Source of the DNA: Fistulifera solaris | Taxonomy: Eukaryota | Assembly: GCA_030295235.1 (NCBI GenBank) | Contig: AP026150.1 | Location: 434,001-498,000 of the forward strand | Reading direction: 5' to 3' | Length of the DNA: 64,000 bases | Shown: positions 34,078 through 46,590 of the stretch, piece after piece | Numbering within the stretch: position 1 is the stretch's first letter | Layout: each line of letters opens with the position of its first letter | Notes under the pieces: generated by a model | Databases searched by the model: none | What the model saw: the letters and a program-made list of their open reading frames with translations, nothing else | What the model was told of the DNA's origin: nothing | Translations under genes and position numbers: made by a program

Positions 34078-35999
34078 ATGAGTGGACCGGAGAACGAAGA
34101 AAACAATGTTCAGTCGGCGAGAAGTAATAATGAGGATATTGAGGCCACGTCTCGCCCTCCTGTCTACACACCGGCTTGCCCGGACAATGCTCCGGCGGTT
34201 CTGACATTCTCGGATTTGACGGTGACCAAACGAGGCGGTAACAAGAAGAAACTTCTGAACAACGTTAGTGGAAGTATGACAGGCGGTCTTTGGGCTATCA
34301 TGGGTGAGCCGTTTGGAATGTCCTTGTTGCCCTTGTTGTTACGAAAATCGAATTAACGCATTTTCTCACATTTTCGTTATTTAACGACTAGGCCCTTCCG
34401 GCAGTGGTAAAACAACTCTGCTAAGCACTCTCGCTTTGAGACTCAACACCCGAGTAATGGAAGTCAAAGGAGAGATCCGTCTGAACGGCAGAGAGTACGA
34501 CGCAAGTCTCCTGAAATCCATGTCCGCCTACGTCATGCAAGACGATCTTCTCCATGCCGAGCTCACGGTGGCCGAGACACTTTACTGGGCTTCACTTCTC
34601 CGCATGCCATTGGATACCACGGAAAAGGATCGTAGTGAAAGGGTCCAGGAGGTCATTGAACTAATGGGTATTGAGCACAGCCGCGACACTATCGTGGGAA
34701 ATACTCGTCGCAAAGGCATTTCTGGTGGCGAGCGGAAACGTCTCTGCATTGCCGTGGAGCTACTGAACCGCCCCAAACTGATCTTCCTGGACGAACCTAC
34801 TTCCGGACTGGATAGCACCACTGCATACATTGTCATCAAGGCAATAAAGAACCTTACTTCCCTGGGTGAGTGCACCGCTGTTTGCACAATCCATCAGCCC
34901 GCTCAGATGACTTTTGCACTCTTCGACAACCTGATTTTGATGAAAAGTGGAGAAGCGGTCTTTCAGGGATCCCTTACGAACATTAGTCACTTCTTGGATA
35001 CCCTTGGCAAGCCCTGCCCCCGAATGCTTGTGTCGCCGACCACCTGATCGAGGCAATTGCGCCCCACAGCTTGGACCACGAATATCACCGCAAGTTTACC
35101 GTGCCGATCGATCTGGGATACGGTTATGAAAAACACAACTTTGCTGACATGCAGGAAGCCAAAAGCATTCTTTTTCAGATTTCTGTGCTCGTCCGCCGCA
35201 ACATGCAGCAGCAGATGCGCAACTGGGATACTTGGTTGATGGGTGTCTTGTCAACCATTGTGATAGCATTCTTCATTTCCGGTGGCGTGTGGAAGATATT
35301 GGCAATGACCAGGAGGCCATTGCACTGTTACCGCCAGCATTATTCTTCACATGTGTGAACCAGGGTATTTTCGCCTCCCTTCAGTGCGTGAACTCTTTCC
35401 CAGGCGAACGAGCGATCATGCTGCGCGAGCGCCAGTCCGGTGCCTACACCACCTTGGCTTATTTCACGGCCAAATCGCTGGTTGACACAGTGGTGCTGGT
35501 TTGGCAGCCCATCCTCTTCTCGTGCATTGTTTACCCAATGTTCAACTTGCAGGACGATGTACAGAAGTTCTTTATCTACATGTTGTTCATGGTGCTTTGC
35601 TCGATGGCCGCCGTCGCTCTCGCCACCGCGGTGACCTGTATCGCGCTGACCGTGGAGCTCTCTACCGTGATCCTTTCCTTGTTCTTTGAAATCTGCCGCC
35701 TGTATGGAGGGTTTTTCACTTCTCCCAACCAGCTGGACACCCCGGAATTTGTGAAATGGAAATGGCTGGATGCGATCAGTTACATCAAGTACGCCTTTGT
35801 CGGTGTGGCGCTCAACCAACTCAATGACCTAGAGTTCACCTGTCCGAGTGGGGACTGCGAAATCACTGCGGGTGAGCAGGTGTCGGTCCAGAAGGGTTAT
35901 GATGAGTACAGCATTCCCTTGTGTGCCGGCATTTTAGTTTTGTATATCGCCGTATGTCGATTCATTGGTTACATGGGATTGAAGTTCATCAAGCACTAA
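34078..35999 (+). CDS. ABCG (White-family) half transporter; intron 34304-34391; frameshifts at ~35020 and ~35295
   Basis: Walker A GPSGSGKT (across the intron), signature ISGGERKR, Walker B IFLDEPTSGLD, CTIHQP, then an ABC-2 membrane domain (ERAIMLRERQSGAY). Confidence 0.93.
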
Positions 36000-36074
36000 C
36001 CGAATTGTATAGTTAAAAAGTCTTTTTGCATTAGATACCGAGTTTATAATGCTCACGTCTCGTGAAAACGACAT

Positions 36075-36292
36075 AATTTCTGTATGATCAAAAGCACTCC
36101 TTGTGCAGAATTTCTTTAACGTACACAGAATCTCTGTATTACCGAAAGCACCTTCTCCAGAATTTCTTTAAATTACACAGAATCTCTAATCTCTATATGA
36201 CCAAAACACCCTGTCCAGAATTTCTGGATATAAAGCAGAATTTCTGTATGATGAAAGCATCCTGTCCTAACCGTACCCAGATTTTCTGGAAC
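36075..36292. repeat. Degenerate tandem repeat, ~4 units of ~52-58 nt, each with two CAGAAT(T/C)TCT-like cores
   Basis: Unit consensus approximately aatYtctgtatgaYcaaaagcaccctgtccagaatttct...acacag. Confidence 0.75.
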
Positions 36293-36396
36293 TTGCAATA
36301 ACCGTTGTGCTCGGTGCTCGTCGCCATTATTCCGCAAATAGTATGCATTTTTTGAAACTTACATGGCAATGGCTCATTCATTTCGTTCGCTCTCTG

Positions 36397-37992
36397 ATGA
36401 ATAACTTATCATTCTCACAGATATCTGGAGATGCAATGAAGGAATCAGCCGAGATACAACTGGCACACAAATTGAAAGACCTGTACGATGCTCCTCGTAC
36501 CTCTTCGTATCAATTCACCGAATGGATTCTGCAGCGTCGACCTGTATCCATGAAAGCTTTTTGTCTTTCCTTTAATCAGAATGAAAGCAATTCATTGCTG
36601 AAACCGATCGACAATAAATATATTTGGGTGAACGATGAAGCATTTGTACGATATTATTCTCCCAACACGGACCCATCGAGTTATTTACTCGAAACACGAG
36701 GCATCGATCACAATTTACCTCCTGCATTGCAACGAATCTCTTATGTTATTATATTGAAACGGAATAAAGAGGAAACAGAATACTATTTTCATGTTCACGC
36801 CTTGTCCCGAGATGCCGCCGACGCCTGTCTCCAGTTGCTATGTTCGCTGAAGGATACCTATTTTTCCAACATGATGGTCTCAAACCAGCATTTGCGCTAC
36901 TATTCATCGCCCGGAGGAGCCGATCAAACAGAGAAATATCGGTTTGATGCCTTTTACAATATCGAGTTCTCTGGTGCCTTACAAAGAACTATGGCCGCCT
37001 TGTCAAAACGAATCTTTCTCTGTCGATGCTATTTCCGTGACGGAGGAGCTGAGGTACTGGATGTACTCCGAGCGACCGGGCCCGATTTTGTGCCATTCGA
37101 TCTGTATCTAGAAGGCGGTTGTCCCTTTGATAAGAAACACTGGGAGGAGTTTTTGATTCTTTTATCTAAGGAAAAGACATTGGTGAACAAATTGGATCTT
37201 CGAGGCTTTAGTCCGCGCCGATCGTTGCCAACATCGGAATTGGCGTTTGCTCGCGTCGGAAATTTGATATTCCGAGATCATTTGGAAGATACTTGTGGAA
37301 TCAAAGTTATTGAATCTGTCCAATGTGGAAGGAGTCCGGATGGTCTGGATTTCAAAGGCTTCGATTCTGTACAAGAATGGGACACTTTTGCAGATCACTG
37401 GCCAGCGCACAGTGTCGATTAAAGCGATTAAAGCTGTATGATTTTGACGCCGAACGTGATCACGCGCTAGATGAAAACACCCTGACGGCACGATTGATCG
37501 AGTCACTTTGCCATGCTTTGAATAACAACAATTCACTCGTCGAACTGGCGATTGACTTTTCTATCAACATGATTCGCGACGACTTTTTTGCGTGTCATGC
37601 GATCCGTCAAGAATCACAAGGCACTTCGAACGATTTCCTTTCAAGATTGCAATGCATGGTCGAGAGCAGATCGAATCGTGTTGACCGAGGAGTGGGTCGA
37701 CATTCTACGGCACAATGGAACAATCCAAAACGTACTTTGTGACGACGAGTTGTACGACGAGCAACTTTTCGAAGAACTTGTACAACCCCAGTTATTGCGG
37801 AACAAATACATGACATTAATCCATAGGTCTCAGCAAATGCATGATGTTCGGAGCCGCGCGTATTTCGTCGGACGATGGATTGAAGAATCTGCAGGTGACC
37901 TCTTCTCGCCTCACATCACATTTATGCTTCTTCGAATGAACACTGACGTGTTATTAAGCTATCGTAACTCATATCACAAGCGGACTCAGTGA
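36397..37992 (+). CDS. RNI/LRR-like family paralogue 1; frameshifts at ~37395 and ~37585
   Basis: Collinear with 41065..42690 throughout (YIWVNDEAFVRY, LPPALQ, YFHVHAL, FRDGG, LKRLKLYDFD, NNSLVEL, SRAYFVGRW). Confidence 0.75.
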
Positions 37993-38808
37993 TTGGCTCT
38001 AATAGTCGCTTGAATAATCTTCGGTCAAGACCTTTTTCGATCATCTTGTGCACGGTTTCGGATGTTCTGTTGTAGAGTCACCTCCCAAACCGAGTTTCCC
38101 GTTAAAGAGATATTGCTACTTAACCTACCAATACATATTCCGAGCAAGAATCCAAGCTGGGTGTCCTCTTAGTCTACGGTTTTTGCCAATTTTCCTGGTG
38201 AAGGTTTTAGGCAATTACGACTGCTTTTAGTCATGAACCATATTGATCCATTTGCCCTTTGCGCATCTTCAGCTCAGATCTCCGACTTAAGTACAATATA
38301 AACTTACAACGTAGCAACTTTGTGATTCGTGCTAGAATGCTTCTGGCAAAAAGCGGTGAGGATCGCATTGCTCCAATTATTTACGGTCGACCCAGGTGTA
38401 GGCTTTACACAATGACTGCATTTCAGTCAGAAAAATTTATGCTTTGTAGTTGACGCTAGACCTAGAGAGGTACTCGCATTAAATTACATGGTAAGCCAGT
38501 AAGCAAATTGGCTTGCTTGGGCTTCGCTTGACTTTCGCTGGGCTTGATAGAGCACATTCAATCAACCGAAGTTTTAGATGATTAGGGATTAGGGATAGAA
38601 GCCGATTCTCTAGACAAAACTTTTTCGACGATAGTCCCGACCGCTACGACATAGAAAGGGAAAGACACCGCACTGCGAAAAGATGCGCATCTACGCAAAG
38701 GTATACTTCTAAGAAGCAGAGACTTCTTTGTTGTTTTTCATAATCAAAATCAAGGTATCTTTTTGATCGACTGAGTCACAAACATTCGATAGGGTTTCAA
38801 GGAAGATT

Positions 38809-40270
38809 ATGGCTACGCTACAACGGATTGTGGATGAACGGTTTCCTTTGGACGATGCGTCTCCAAAGCACATATCTTTGACGAATCTAAACCCGCATCA
38901 TCGGCCTCTATCGATGCATTCTTTTGTGATCTCTTTCGTTATCGAACGGATGATACTCCTTTGATTTCGGTATGAGCACGAACAGGTGCATTTGGGTCAA
39001 TGATGACGCGTTTGTACGGTATGATGGCAAATACGCATCCTCTTTCCACGTCGAAAGGGAATGCAGGGAACGTAACATCGCCCCGTCTTTGCAACAGTGT
39101 ACCTACATTTTACTTCTCAACAGGGATTACGATGATCTCTATTTATACATTCACGCCGTGAATAAAGAAGCTGCGGATTCTTGTTTTGAGTTTCTGTTCT
39201 CCTTGAAGGATACATTTTTTGCCAGGTTACTGATCTCTCGTTAGCATACGGAGTATTACACGTACCTGTCGGGGTACTTTAACCGAGTGCTCATCGCCTC
39301 AATGCCTTCTACGAGCTAGAGCTTACGTATGAATGGCAGCAGATGATTGTGGCAGCGTCCAAGCGGACGCTGTTGTCCGATTGCCGCTTCTGCGATGGGG
39401 GCACCGCAATTCTTACTGGATTACTAGAGACAGGGCCCGATTTTGAACCGATTGACTTGTACATGGCCGGTGAATGTCCTTTTGATGACAATTGTTGGAC
39501 ACAATTTCTTACTCTCTTGTTAGGGATAAAAGCTGGTGAACAAACTGGATATAAGTGATCTTACCTTACGCCCATCGTCTCGAACAACAGAACTGGCATC
39601 CGCCCGCGTAAATAACTTGATTTTTGGGGAAAAATTGGACATTTGGTTTCGCCATTAGATCGCTGCGTCGATCAGCGATGGAAATAGTCCGGAAAAGACT
39701 TGATTTTTTCGGCTTGGACACTCTACGGACGTGAGACGATCTTTGCAAATCACTTGCCAGTACAAAATGCCAACTCAAAAGGCTTAAGATATTTGAGTTT
39801 GACGATGGGGTCCAAAATGCCGACGAGCACGAGATATAAGCAGCGTCGGCGCTGACAGATTCACTTTGTTACGGTCTGTCTCACAATAAGTTACTCGTCG
39901 AAGTGGACATCGGACACTCCGCACAATCTCTCTGTGGGCTCTCGACGACTGGTCGGAAGAATGTGATCCGGAAGTGTTTGCTAATGTCTCGGGAGAAATC
40001 TTACGGCACAATAAAACGATTCTGAATATTCGATTTGACGAAGCCGTATGCGACAGTCGTGTTTTTGAGATACACACCCGACCTCATCTAATACGTAAAA
40101 AGTATCTGACGTTAGTTGAAAGGTCTCAACAGATGCAGGATCATTTGAGCCGTGCATTTTTCGTGGGTAAATGGAAAGAGGAAGCCGTGGAGGAACAAGC
40201 TTCTCCTCTGATCACGAACATGCTTCTTCGAATGACAGCGGATATCCTATCAAGCTACTTGGATCCAAAA
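38809..40270 (+). pseudogene. RNI/LRR-like family paralogue 2, decayed
   Basis: Same motifs (CIWVNDDAFVRY, FCDGG, CPFD, SRAFFVGKW). In-frame TAG 39242-39244, TGA 39732-39734 replacing a conserved Trp, several indels, and a ~60-nt deletion near 39913 relative to paralogue 3. Confidence 0.85.
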
Positions 40271-41064
40271 TATAGGCAAAAGATTATTCCTTTGAATGCT
40301 TTACTAGCCACTATCTTCACTTTGGAATTCTTCCGACAAAGTTTACAATTTTCCCTTGAATGTGCAATCAAGTGGTGAAGCATCGATAGATGCCTCGCGA
40401 TCGCCTGCTTCAACGACGTTTCGCCACAAAGATTATGGTCAGCTCCACTACCACCGAAAGAAACTGCGCGACTTAAGGCACTATCGAAAACTAATCGATT
40501 GCGTAAACGATAATGATGCAGAAAGCACCGATAAAAGATCAAGAGGCACATGAGCAAATCGTGTCGCCAAGCGCTATTTGGGAACAATGCGAAAGTAGCG
40601 GAAGAGTTTGATCTCTTGTAAGAATGGGATGTCTACTACGTCGCTTGCGCTAGTTCAGCACTTCTATTTGATCGTAATTATCCGAGACGCATAGTCTAAT
40701 CGCCATGCCTTCTTCTACGTCTTCTCTGCAGACTAATTGTAACTCACTCTAGATTTGCTGTTTGATTGTTCCGGATTCAAACCATGGAGGTTTTCTGACC
40801 TATGGGTGAGCATAATCCATTTCAAGAAATATAATAGTCAATCTTGAGCGGCATTAGCAATCTTTGACTCGCTTAGACAACTTCTCTAGGCGGATCGTTC
40901 CTTGCTCGGAATCGATTTACGACTGATTGCAGTCACGAATAGCAATAGCACCCGACGGCACGAAAATAACCACCCGTTTTAACTTACTCGCATCGCGACG
41001 ATGACGCGCGACGACAACGTCCTTCCTTATTTTCTCGCTTGTTCACAACAAAGGATATATTCTC

Positions 41065-42690
41065 ATGCATCACATCAATTACAAATCAATCCGATCTGCA
41101 GCGCGAAGCATTATTCCGCATGAGGAACAAGGCTCACCGGAAGAAACAGCGAACTTACGACGAGTCGACAAATTGGTTCACCTGTACGATGCAACTCCGA
41201 AGCATCCTTTCACGGAATGGGCCCTGAAGCGTCGACCGTCATCGATGATAGCTTTCTGCGATCTCTTTCTTCATAAGGATTTCGGAATTTTTAAAGGGCT
41301 GATGAACCATAGAAAATACCTCTGGGTTAACGAAGACGCAGTCGTACGGAATTATTCCAAATACACCGAGTCAGATACTTACTACATCAATGCGGAAGGT
41401 AAAGACGTCAATTTACCTCCTGCTCTGCAACACATTTACTGCATTTTGATTCTTGAAAGAACTGGAAGAGAACTATACTTTCACGTTCACGCTTTGAATC
41501 AAGATGCTGCAGACGGGGCTATTGAATTTCTGCTCTCTTTGGAGGATAACTACTTTTCAAAGTTAAAAATATCTCGCCGGCACTTGCAGTACTATTCGTT
41601 TCCACTAAGAACGAGTCGACGACGCGGAAACCAACGCTTCGATGCTTTTTACAATTTAGAACTTACAGATGAGCAGCAGCGTATGATAATGACTTCGTCG
41701 AAGCGGATTCTGTTGCACGAATGCAGCTTCCGCGACGGGGGCGCTGCAGTTCTTAATAGTCTACAAGAGGTCTGGACAGACTTTAGGCCGGTTGACTTGC
41801 ACATTGAAGGCCATAGTCCTTTTGATAATGTTCATTGGGAGCAATTTCTCGCCCTCTTGTCAAGCAGGAAAAAGCTGGTGAACAAACTGGATATAAGTGA
41901 TCTTACCTTATGCCCATCTTCGCGAACAATAGAGCTGGCATTTGCTCGTGTAAAAGACTTGGTCTTTGCAGACAAGTTGGATAATTATGTTCGCCTCAAG
42001 ATTATCGAATCGATTCGTTGTGGGACCAGTCCGGACGGACTGGATTTCAGTAAGTTGGACAGTCTACAAACATGGGATGCGCTTTGCAAATCACTTGCCA
42101 GCCAGGATTGTCAACTCAAAAGACTTAAGATCCATGATTTTGATTCCGAGCGGTATAACGCTGACCGTGACGAAGCATCCGTTGCATCGGCGTCGACAAA
42201 ATCACTTTGCTACGGATTGTCTCGCAACGAATCGCTCGTCGAGTTGGACATAGGTTTTACGGCCATGACGCGAAACAACTTCTTACGCATTCTACAATGC
42301 ATCGAGCATCACAAGACACTCCGAGCAATTTCTTTGTGGGCTCCCGAAGAATGGTCGGAAGGTTTCGATCCGAAATTGTTTACAAGGGCCTGGGGAGAAA
42401 TCCTGAAACGAAATCAAACCATTTTGTTCGTTCGATTTGACGAAGACTTGTACAACGAGCGTATTTTTGAGAGACGTGTGATACCTCAATTAATACGCAA
42501 CAAGTATTTCATGTTGATTGGAAGGTCTCAGCAGGTGAAAGATAGTTTGAGCCGTGCATTTTTCGTTGGTAATTGGATTCAGGAAGCCGTGGAAGAACAC
42601 GCTTCTCCTCCCATCACGTATATCCTTATTCGGATGAACGCAGATATCATATCAACCTATTTGCATGAAAAATACAGGCGGAGAGGGTGA
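41065..42690 (+). CDS. RNI/LRR-like family paralogue 3, intact 541 aa
   Basis: Intronless ORF; LxxLxI repeats (LVNKLDI, LKRLKI, SLVELDI, TLRAISL, NQTILFV). Confidence 0.85.
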   Translation: MHHINYKSIRSAARSIIPHEEQGSPEETANLRRVDKLVHLYDATPKHPFTEWALKRRPSSMIAFCDLFLHKDFGIFKGLMNHRKYLWVNEDAVVRNYSKYTESDTYYINAEGKDVNLPPALQHIYCILILERTGRELYFHVHALNQDAADGAIEFLLSLEDNYFSKLKISRRHLQYYSFPLRTSRRRGNQRFDAFYNLELTDEQQRMIMTSSKRILLHECSFRDGGAAVLNSLQEVWTDFRPVDLHIEGHSPFDNVHWEQFLALLSSRKKLVNKLDISDLTLCPSSRTIELAFARVKDLVFADKLDNYVRLKIIESIRCGTSPDGLDFSKLDSLQTWDALCKSLASQDCQLKRLKIHDFDSERYNADRDEASVASASTKSLCYGLSRNESLVELDIGFTAMTRNNFLRILQCIEHHKTLRAISLWAPEEWSEGFDPKLFTRAWGEILKRNQTILFVRFDEDLYNERIFERRVIPQLIRNKYFMLIGRSQQVKDSLSRAFFVGNWIQEAVEEHASPPITYILIRMNADIISTYLHEKYRRRG

Positions 42691-43267
42691 TCCGTTCCAC
42701 TGAGGCTTCCGACTCTCCTCAGCTGGGAATATTCCCGACAATGTAATATTACTCGTTTGATAGATCTCGTTGGGGTGCAACCATGACTGGTGTAATTTTG
42801 ATAGATGCCACGCGATGGCCTACTATAGTGATATATCGCCACGAATCACGAAGACTCTCTTACCATCTACTCTCTAGGTATATTGCACCGACATCGTTCT
42901 CAGCTTACGATGAACGTCGACATCCTCCCCCTCCTCCCATACCGTTTCATGATTAAACTCTCGAGATCAAGAGCTATTCCATGAGCTATAATGCACGAAG
43001 CTCGCGAGCTGTTTTCTCAGAATAATAAAGAGCTGAAGTTGAAGGTTGTAGAGCCATCGACCTTAGTTTTTGACCAACCATGCGGTCTGGCGTACTTCCG
43101 TAGAACTCATTTCTCCACCACGCATCGTTTTCGACACAACATTAAAGTCACAACATTTTCTTTTCGCCTTACTTCCCATAAAAGGAACAATCCTTCAACA
43201 CTAATAGTGTCCGTCACCATGTTTCGATGAAAGAATACGTCGCCGATCATCCGACAAACAGTGCAGG

Positions 43268-44124
43268 ATGGGGCGCAAGTTCTTATTAGGGTGGTTTCTT
43301 TGTGTGCCGATGCTTGCGACGGCGCTTTCCACAACCCAATACCTCCATCAACAACGATGTCTACTTACAGAATGCCCAAAGCCTCGGCTTCCTCCTCTAG
43401 TACTTTTGCCCGGTATGGCACAGTCCATAGCAGCGTGGGAGTCCCATGTACCCGCCTTGGCGAAAGATCGACATGTGCTCATCTACGAACCAATGGGGAT
43501 CGGTCCCTACCAGGAAGCTTGGTCAGATGTTTCTTTACCAGCGCAAGCCGATCGTCTGGACGAAACATTACAAACAATATGGGATAACGAAGCTGTGCAT
43601 GTGGCGGGTTTCTCATTGGGTGGACGCATTGCTATGGCGTTAGGATGCCAACATCCAGAGCGTCTGCGGAAATTGCACCTCACGGGAGTCTCTCTTGAAC
43701 GATCCGATGGGGGTCAGTTGCAACTCATGGGCTGGCTCGATCATTTAGAGCACGGGAGTATTCGATCTTTTGCTTGGTCGGCTATCTTAGCGACATACTC
43801 GCCTGCTTATTTGATACAGCAAAAGAGAAAATTCCATTGTGGGTGGAAAGTATTTGTAAGACGCATTCGGTTCATGGCTTACGTTTGCTACTAGAACAAG
43901 CGCACGATCACGATCCGGCGTGGTCCGTCGCTGCCATGGCGCAACGTTTACGTGTATTAGGTCACCTCTGTGTCGGCGAAAACGACATGCTAGGGCACAA
44001 CACGGAAGGGTTGGCGCACGCTTTAGGTTGGCTTGCCCCTACAATCGTATCGGCTGCTGGTCATGCTGTACCAATGGAAGCTGGTCGATTATGGCGAGAG
44101 GATGTCAAGAATACTTTACGGTGA
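43268..44124 (+). CDS. Alpha/beta-fold hydrolase with predicted signal peptide; frameshift at ~43825
   Basis: LVLLPG, nucleophile elbow GFSLGG, VGEND acid, C-terminal AGHA histidine. Confidence 0.88.
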
Positions 44125-44507
44125 AAAAAACCGCTGGTTTTCTCATTTTTGTGGTGAGAATCACAAATGGTACGTACAAAAGCAAAATTTAGACTTTGAT
44201 GCTCGTTTTTAAACTAGAGTTCTTGTCATTGAGATCGAACGGCGCCCGATGGAAACCCGTCGGAGTCGGTCGGTTTTGTCTATCTATGTCTTGGACTTCA
44301 TATCGACGAGCCAGAGAAAAGCCCGGAATTAAAGCAGCCGGAGTATCATCGCTATCATGTCGCTTCCAGTGAAGTGAAGATGGCATGACGAAGATACTCA
44401 AACATCTTTTCTGACTTGGTCTCTCTTTAGGACTCTTACGCAGAAGAGAGAATCTTTACGTAGACTGGAACGTATGCCGAAGCCACCTGTTCCCTCCCTC
44501 CCTGTGC

Positions 44508-46127
44508 CTACAACCGACCATTGTCGTGTCCCTTGCTTTGACTCCCGATATAGATTGAAAGAACATCCGAGTTCATTTTCAATAACATGTAAATCACAGT
44601 GTTTGACTTCTTTTCCAGTAGAGAGCAAAGGAACCACGCACGTATCATCTCGTCCGGAATGTTGTGAAACTTCTTCATGAACCTTAAGACACCATTACGT
44701 TCTTTCATTGGTTCCACAACTTTGCGCCAAACAAACTTATCGTATAAACTGTCATCCAGGTTCACATCACGAATCATTTTATTGGTCTCAAGCATGTGGC
44801 CCAATGCAATTGTTCTCGGCACGCTTTCGAAAGCGTCCACGTCTTGAGAAGCAATTCGATTGGTCAGGGTCAGTTTCGTCAAAGTCTTATGATGACGAAC
44901 TCCATCAAAAATTGTCTCTAGATCTCCATCGAAGACTTCCGCAAAACTAAAGTCAATATCGACCAGAGACTGGTTTTCCAGCAAACCAGCCTTCATGAAA
45001 GAGAGAAGCTTTGCTTGTAACATTTTTCGATCAAGACCCGTTTCGTGTGCATTCATCACATCCCACTTGTACAAAGTCAGACGTTGAAGAATGCATTCAG
45101 GACTCCGCAACGCGTCACCGAGCGATTTCCACATGGCGATAGTCCCGAAGCCATCCATGTGAACGCCCAATGGTCCAACTCCGGTACGAATCGATTTGAG
45201 TAGAGGCAATTTGCAGTCTTCAAACGCGTTACCGGTTAGACTAAGATCCTTGACTTGCACTTGACTCAACAAGACGTTGCTCGACCACGCTGCAGTATCG
45301 TATGCCGTGAGATTCAAATGATGCACAATTCTCTTGTCCGCTAGTATACCGAGAAAGAGATTCCAATTCTCCTCATCAAATGGCTTTTGAGTTCGAATGG
45401 TGATTTTTGGAATGTGAAACGTTTCGTTCAAAAGCCGCAGGGAATGTACCATAGACGCTCCGCCATCGGAACACGAGCAATCATGTAGGCACAAACTCGA
45501 AGGCGACGAGACCAAGGCTGCGGCTTGCTTGGGATTAAAAACAAAGAACCGGAAGACTGTTTCTCGTCTAACGGTGCTTCTCAATGCTCTAATATCTTCC
45601 TCCGAGAGCGGGCATAACTTGATTTGAAAGTAGCAAGACATTGACAAAGAAGAACACCAATCATCCGACAGCCGGCAGATGAGGCCCAAAAACTCAGCAG
45701 CTGCCATGTAGGACGATCCATGCACGTCGATTTGGTATTCCTTTGCCTCCGAAGTTTGCACTACCACAGAATAGATCACATTCTGATAAACCGCCGGAAA
45801 TGAGTCATCGAGGCGCATCACACTCTTCTCAATGCCACACTGTTCGATATGAAAGTATCGGACGAAGGCACTACTGTTAATCCAAATGTAACGAAAAGCG
45901 TCATAAGCATATTTTGGCCCTTTGTCGTCTGATGATTGAAACAATTGCAGAAAATCCTTGACTGATTCCGGAGAGCGAGTCAACTGAAATTCCTGAAAAA
46001 TGTGATGCTTCTGCCTGTGAAGATGCTTCAACTTTTCGACAGCTTGAAGTACCGGCTGAACTTCCGGTGCCCTTTCTTCGAAGGAGGGATCATCTTCGAT
46101 GTAAATATCACTATCCGAATCTGACAT
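44508..46127 (-). CDS. RNI/LRR-like family paralogue 4 (divergent, inverted), intact 539 aa
   Basis: YIWINSSAFVRY, IDVHG, CSDGG, PFDEENWNLFL, LQRLTLY, NQSLVDID, HKTLTKL, RAWFL..LLKMNSDVL align with paralogues 1-3. Confidence 0.85.
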   Translation of the reverse strand: MSDSDSDIYIEDDPSFEERAPEVQPVLQAVEKLKHLHRQKHHIFQEFQLTRSPESVKDFLQLFQSSDDKGPKYAYDAFRYIWINSSAFVRYFHIEQCGIEKSVMRLDDSFPAVYQNVIYSVVVQTSEAKEYQIDVHGSSYMAAAEFLGLICRLSDDWCSSLSMSCYFQIKLCPLSEEDIRALRSTVRRETVFRFFVFNPKQAAALVSSPSSLCLHDCSCSDGGASMVHSLRLLNETFHIPKITIRTQKPFDEENWNLFLGILADKRIVHHLNLTAYDTAAWSSNVLLSQVQVKDLSLTGNAFEDCKLPLLKSIRTGVGPLGVHMDGFGTIAMWKSLGDALRSPECILQRLTLYKWDVMNAHETGLDRKMLQAKLLSFMKAGLLENQSLVDIDFSFAEVFDGDLETIFDGVRHHKTLTKLTLTNRIASQDVDAFESVPRTIALGHMLETNKMIRDVNLDDSLYDKFVWRKVVEPMKERNGVLRFMKKFHNIPDEMIRAWFLCSLLEKKSNTVIYMLLKMNSDVLSIYIGSQSKGHDNGRL

Positions 46128-46590
46128 GATTATAATGTTCTTTGGAATTCATTGACTTCATGGTCTCGTTTTGCGTTGCGAGGTTCTGACACGTACAAAG
46201 TAAAACAGGCGGACCTTACTCCTGACTGAACTCCTCATCAGTCCCGGTATCTTTCGTCTTCGTTCATTTTTAAGCCTACTTCGCTCTAAGGCCTGCTATT
46301 TCGAAATTTTCGACCGAAAATAATGATACTTAATCTCCAATGTATCAAGGTGTTGTTGTAGATGATGATATTGCACGAAATGGTGTGTAAATGTGCATTC
46401 CGAACCGTCAAATCAACCACTATGACGTAAAGTGCAAGTTCCCTTTCTCCCGAAGCAAATCGTCCTCAGTCCCGGAAACTGACAGACATTGACATCACAA
46501 CAACTGAATCGTCCACCACGTGTCGCATGAAAGAAACTATAAAATTTGTATTGAATGGACTAGTCAGAAAAAACGGCTACAGGCAACAGA

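Noticed and set aside
36075..36292. Possible CRISPR array
   Set aside because: The sequences between cores are themselves similar (tandem repeat, not unique spacers); eukaryotic context, no cas genes.
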